Positions 50,367-64,000 of a stretch of 64,000 bases of DNA are shown piece by piece. This DNA is from the human T2T-CHM13v2.0 reference genome, Homo sapiens. Under the pieces are notes generated by a model. It made no database searches. It saw only the letters and a program-made list of their open reading frames with translations, and was not told the DNA's origin. The DNA is taken from NCBI RefSeq assembly GCF_009914755.1, contig NC_060925.1; one strand, written 5' to 3'. Every line of letters starts with the position of its first letter. The first letter of the stretch is position 1. The position numbers and the translations under genes were made by a program.

Positions 50367-52439
50367 TCAAGCCTGGGTGACAGAGCAAGACTCCGTCTGG
50401 GGAAAAAAAAAAAAAAAAAGAGCACCTGCTTTGCAGTCACACAGACAGGGGTTCACATCAAAGCTCCACGTGGGCCGTGTGACCTGGAACCTCTCTGGGC
50501 CTCTGACTCCTTGTGTGTTGGATGGGATCATAATTGTACCTGCCTAGAGAGCTGGGGTAACAGCATTACACAGGGCCCATGCTCACGCAATGAGTGAGTA
50601 AAACCATCTTCCAAAGGAAGAGGGCCTCCAGAGGCAGATGTGGGCATGGGCACCGCAGCCTGGAGTCGCAGCTCCTCCACTCCTGGCTTGGACCTCTGAG
50701 CCTCACTTCCTCTCCTGTAAAACACGCATGAGACACACCTGCCTCGTGTGGGCCTGGGCCGCTTGCTATTACTAATAAAACAGCAGCAACCACAGGACAG
50801 CTTCACTTCCGGAAACTCCCTCTGTCACGTGCTTTGCATGAATCCTCACACCGTCTCACTAGGGGCGCTCTCCCCGTTTCACCAGTGACTTGGTGACAAC
50901 CAGCCTTGCTCACGAAGCGTCAGCCGTATCCTTTCTGTGTGCAGTGGGGTGTGGGTTGTGTGGAGCCGCGGTGTCTGTGGAATTCACAGGCTGGGGCCGG
51001 AATCCATGGCCCCCGTCGCCGCTGCCACCCCCCAGGTGCTGGGGTGACCTGATCCAGGGTTGGGGTCTAAGCTGCTGGGGGGTTGGAGTCTTGGGCTCTG
51101 GCCCACGTCCGCCTCTGATTGGTTCTACCACCTGAGCTGGTCACTGACCCTCCATGGGCCTCAGCTTACCCTATGGTAAAGTGAGAACTAGGGGGTCAGA
51201 CTCCTTGATCACCAAGATCTCTGACCACAGCCAAGGCTAAGGGAAGCGCAGGAAAACGTGGGGCTCGTCCAAATTCCCAGCCTCTCTCTGCCCCCTGGTG
51301 GACGCCGGCAGCCTAGCACCCGGGGGGAGATGACCCCGACACTGTGTGACCTCTGCCAAGGCACCCATCCCTCTGAGCCCCAGTTCCCACCGGTTACATA
51401 GGAATGATTATAATACCCACCTCTTTGGGCAATTGTGAGGAGGCAAGGAGATAATACATGCAAAGTGCTTGGATGGGATGGGTACTAGCCACTCAACAGA
51501 AGGCAGATCCTAGAATGGGGATGGCAAGTCCTGTCATCAGTGAAGAATGTAATGACTGCAAGCTTAGATGACATGTCTGTTACTGGAAACCAGAGTTGTT
51601 TACTTAAGCTGTAAATGAACTCATAGTCCCTGGGATAATTATCTCACCTCTGGATAAATAAACTCAACAGCCTTATGTATTTTATTAATTTTTCTTAAAA
51701 AAAAGCTTAAAATATTTTTCCTTTGATTTGTTCTCTTTCTTTGGTTTCTGACTTTATTATGTCCTTTCTTTCTGCTTAGGCATTTGTTTTATTGCTCTTT
51801 TTTCACCAACTCAAACTGAATGGTCACCTTAACAGTTTTATTGAGGTATAATTTACACACCATAAAATTCACCTGCTTTAAGGATACTATTCAATGATTT
51901 TTAGTACAGTTACAAAGTTATGCAACCATCATCAAAACCCAATTTTAGAATATTTCAATCACCCAAAAAAGAAATATCACACCCATTTACAGTTTATCCC
52001 CTTTCCTGCCCCCAGCCTTAGGCAACCACTAATCTACTTTATATATAGATTTGCCTTTCCTGGACATTTCACAAAAATTGATTTACGCAATGAATGAGTA
52101 AAACCGTCTTCCAAAGGAAGAGGGCCTCCCAAGGCAGGTGTGGGCATGGGCTTGCCACAATATGTGGCATTTTGTGCACTTAATGTTATTGAGGATTAAT
52201 CTATGTTGTAACATGTGGCGGTATTTTGCTCCTTTTCATTGGCATTCTCTTGGGGGCTTGTTTATTTTTACATGTATTGTTTTCCACTAAATGTACTTAA
52301 ATATATAAATTTGTCTGTAAGTGCTGCTAAAACCCAGCTAAGCTGTGCCCCACCAACTTTAATGTAGTTTTTCCACTATTCAGAAGTAAATATTTCTCAC
52401 ATTTCTTTATGACGTCCTTCTCCACCGAAAGTTACCTAC

Positions 52440-53980
<1,541 letters not shown>

Positions 53981-54467
53981 TTAATATAAACAAAACGTGA
54001 AATCTTGTTCTTCCACACATTCCCCACACAAGTGCTGCCAAGATCATCTGAAAAGTTTTAATCTACAAAGAAAGGTCCAGGACCATTGTCCATGGCTCTG
54101 CCCCTCCTACCCCCGGCTTTTCAGTTCCTTATCTCCCCATCACAATGCCGTCCTTCCCCACTTCACCGTGCCCCGATGTCCCTGACAACCCTCTGCAACT
54201 AGTCAAAGCCCCGGACTACCGTTGGGCCCACAAATTCATGTCTTTCCTGCTTGCTTGCTCCACCAATCAAGCCACTTCTCTTTCTAGGCCTCCTCAAGAC
54301 CTCCTTCAATTTCTGCCTATCCATCAACTCATTTCTGCCTCCATTTTCCTCTTTAACCAGCTTAAATGTCATGTTCCATCATTTCAATCACTTCCTTGCA
54401 AACATCCTAAAATCCTTGGCTCTCCCTTTGTCCTCAGCACCAACCTATCAAAACTCCAAACATGTTC

Positions 54468-58280
<3,813 letters not shown>

Positions 58281-58732
58281 CTCTTTATTTCTAATAATTA
58301 TTTTTGCCTTAAAGTCTACTTTTTCTGATATTAATATAGTTATAACAGCATTGTTTGGTTGGTATTTGCATAATATATCTTTTTTATTGATTCACTTTCT
58401 TATAAACTTTTTAGTTTGAAATAATTTCAAACTTGCAGAAGTTTTGAAATAGTTCTAAGACCATCCATACACTCTTCCCTTAGATTACTCATTTGCCTTA
58501 TTCTCTCTATCTATCCCTTATATATAATATATATTATATTAGTATATGTAATTTTTCCAACCCATTTGAAAGTAAATTGTATATATTATGCCCCATTACT
58601 CTTAATACTTCAGTATGTATTTCAAAAAAAATTATACTCTCCTACATTACCCTTACAAAATCAGAACCAGAAAATTAATACTGATAAAATACTACTATTT
58701 AACCATATAAACTAATGCATTAACTCCATTCA

Positions 58733-59037
<305 letters not shown>

Positions 59038-59046
59038 CTAAAAAGC

Positions 59047-60407
59047 CTCTCCCTCTCCCCTCTCCCCTCTGCCCTCTCCCCTCTCCCTCGTCCCTCGTCT
59101 CCCTCGTCTCCCTCATCTCCCTCGTCTCCCTCTCCCTCTCCCTCTCCCTCTCCCCGGTCTCCCTCTGATGCCACCAAAGTTGTGAAAGCCGAGGCTGGAC
59201 TGTACTGCCGCCATCTCGGCTCACTGCAACCTCCCTGCCTGATTCTCCTGCCTCAGCCTGCAGAGTGCCTGGGATTGCAGGCGCGCGCCGCCACACCTGA
59301 CTGGTTCTTGCATTTTTTGGTGGAGACGGGGTTTCGCCGTGTTGGCCGGGCTGGTCTCCAGCTCCTGACCGCGAGTGATCTGCCTGCCTCGGCCTCCCGA
59401 GGGGCCGGGATTGCAGACGGAGTCTCGCTCACTCAGTGCTCCATGTTGCCCAGGCTGGAGTGCAGTGGCGTGATCTCGGCTAGCTACAACCTCCACCTCC
59501 CAGCCGCCTGCCTTGGCCTCCCAAAGTGCCGAGATTGCAGCCTCTGCCTGGCCGCCACCCCGTCTGGGAAGTGAGGAGCGCCTCTGCCCGGCCGTGACCC
59601 CGTCTGGGAACTGAGGAGTGTCTCTGCCCGACCGCCACCCCATCTGGGAGGTGAGGAGCGTCTCTGCCCGGCCGCCCCGTCTGAGAAGTGAGGAGCCCCT
59701 CCACCCGGCAGCCGCCCTGTCTGGGAAGTGAGGAGCCCCTCCGCCCGGCAGCCACCCCGTCTGCCAAGTGAGGAGCCCCTCCGCCCGGCAGCTGCCCCGT
59801 CCAGGAGGTGGGGGGCACCTACGCCCGGCCACTGCCCCGTCTGGGAGGTGGGGGGCGCCTCTGCCCGGCCGCCACCCCGTCTGGGAGGTGTACCCAACAG
59901 CTCATTGAGAACGGGCCATGATGATGATGACGGTTTTGTCGAATAGAAAAGGGGGAAATGTGGGGAAAAGAAAGAGAGATCAGATTGTTACTGTGTCTGT
60001 GTAGAAAGAAGTAGATATTGGAGACTCCATTTTGTTCTGTACTAAGAAAAATTCTTCTGCCTTGGGATGCTGTTAATCTATAACCTTACCCCCAACCCCG
60101 TGCTCTCTGAAACATGTGCTGTGTCCACTCAGGGTTAAATGGATTAAGGGCGGTGCAAGATGTGCTTTGTTAAACAGATGCTTGAAGGCAGCATGCTCCT
60201 TAAGAGTCATCACCACTCCCTAATCTCAAGTACCCAGGGACACAAACACTGCGGAAGGCCGCAGGGTCCTCTGTCTAGGAAAACCAGAGACCCTTGTTCA
60301 CATGTTTATCTGCTGACCTTCCCTCCACTATTGTCCTATGACCCTGCCAAATCCCCCTCTGCGAGTAACACCCAAGAATGATCAATAAATACCAAAAAAA
60401 TAAAAAT

Positions 60408-60440
<33 letters not shown>

Positions 60441-60445
60441 AATTT
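59047..60445 (+). mobile_element. SVA retrotransposon with all domains and a short VNTR
   Basis: (CCCTCT)n head, Alu-like domain, GC-rich VNTR (ccccgtctgggaagtgaggagc units), SINE-R (tgtggggaaaagaaagagagatcagattgtt...), AATAAA 60384-60389, A-rich tail, TSD. Confidence 0.96.
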
Positions 60446-60862
60446 AAAAAAACTAAAAAGCAAGCAACAACAACAACAAATTACACTAATTGTCCCCCAA
60501 ATTACCTTTACAGGCCCAGCATCCAATTCAGTCGCCTTCAAGGAGTCTCTTCAGTCTAATTTATTCTAGAACAATTCTTCAGGCTTCCCTTCTCTGGCCA
60601 AGATTTTTGAAAAATACAGGTCAATGACTTTGTAGGTTGTCTTCAGTTTGGATTTGTCTGCTGTGTCCTCATGATTTATGCATCTCTGGCAGGAATACCA
60701 CAGAAACGATGCGACATTCTTCTCAGTGTACCATATTAGGAGTCACACAATGTCAACTTGTCCCATTACTGCTGATGTTAATGTTTACCACTTGGCTAAG
60801 ATGATGTCTGCCAGGTTTCTCCACTGGAAAGTTAACAGTATTTAGTACGTGTTAAGTGATGA

Positions 60863-64000
<3,138 letters not shown>

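Noticed and set aside
59545-59890. Repeat-spacer-like array that superficially resembles CRISPR
   Set aside because: It is the SVA VNTR in eukaryotic DNA; there are no unique spacers and no cas genes

Overview
Hominoid (almost certainly human, chr1p34) genomic DNA. It holds the 3' end of PPIE/CYP33 on the + strand: two internal cyclophilin exons, the canonical last exon, and two distal alternative last exons lying antisense inside BMP8B. The complete 7-exon BMP8B gene is on the - strand (ATG 39935, stop 11859; exons of 334+190+149+195+80+111+150 = 1209 nt give 402 aa, all GT-AG and phase-consistent). The intronless retrogene OXCT2 (517 aa, - strand) is nested in BMP8B intron 3. From about 41 kb to 64 kb the sequence is repeat-dense intergenic DNA (about 30 Alus, old L1 fragments, an ERV1-type LTR, MER30, and an SVA inserted into an Alu tail). 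I found no new protein-coding system. The most interesting signals are: (i) PPIE/BMP8B sense-antisense interleaving, including 31 nt that code on both strands; (ii) two short locally templated insertions that split old L1 remnants; (iii) an Alu>SVA nest with both target-site duplications intact; (iv) an orphan promoter-like motif cluster at about 50.8 kb; (v) possible gene conversion between neighbouring Alus. Repeat family names and isoform identities come from recalled consensus/protein sequences, not from database searches.
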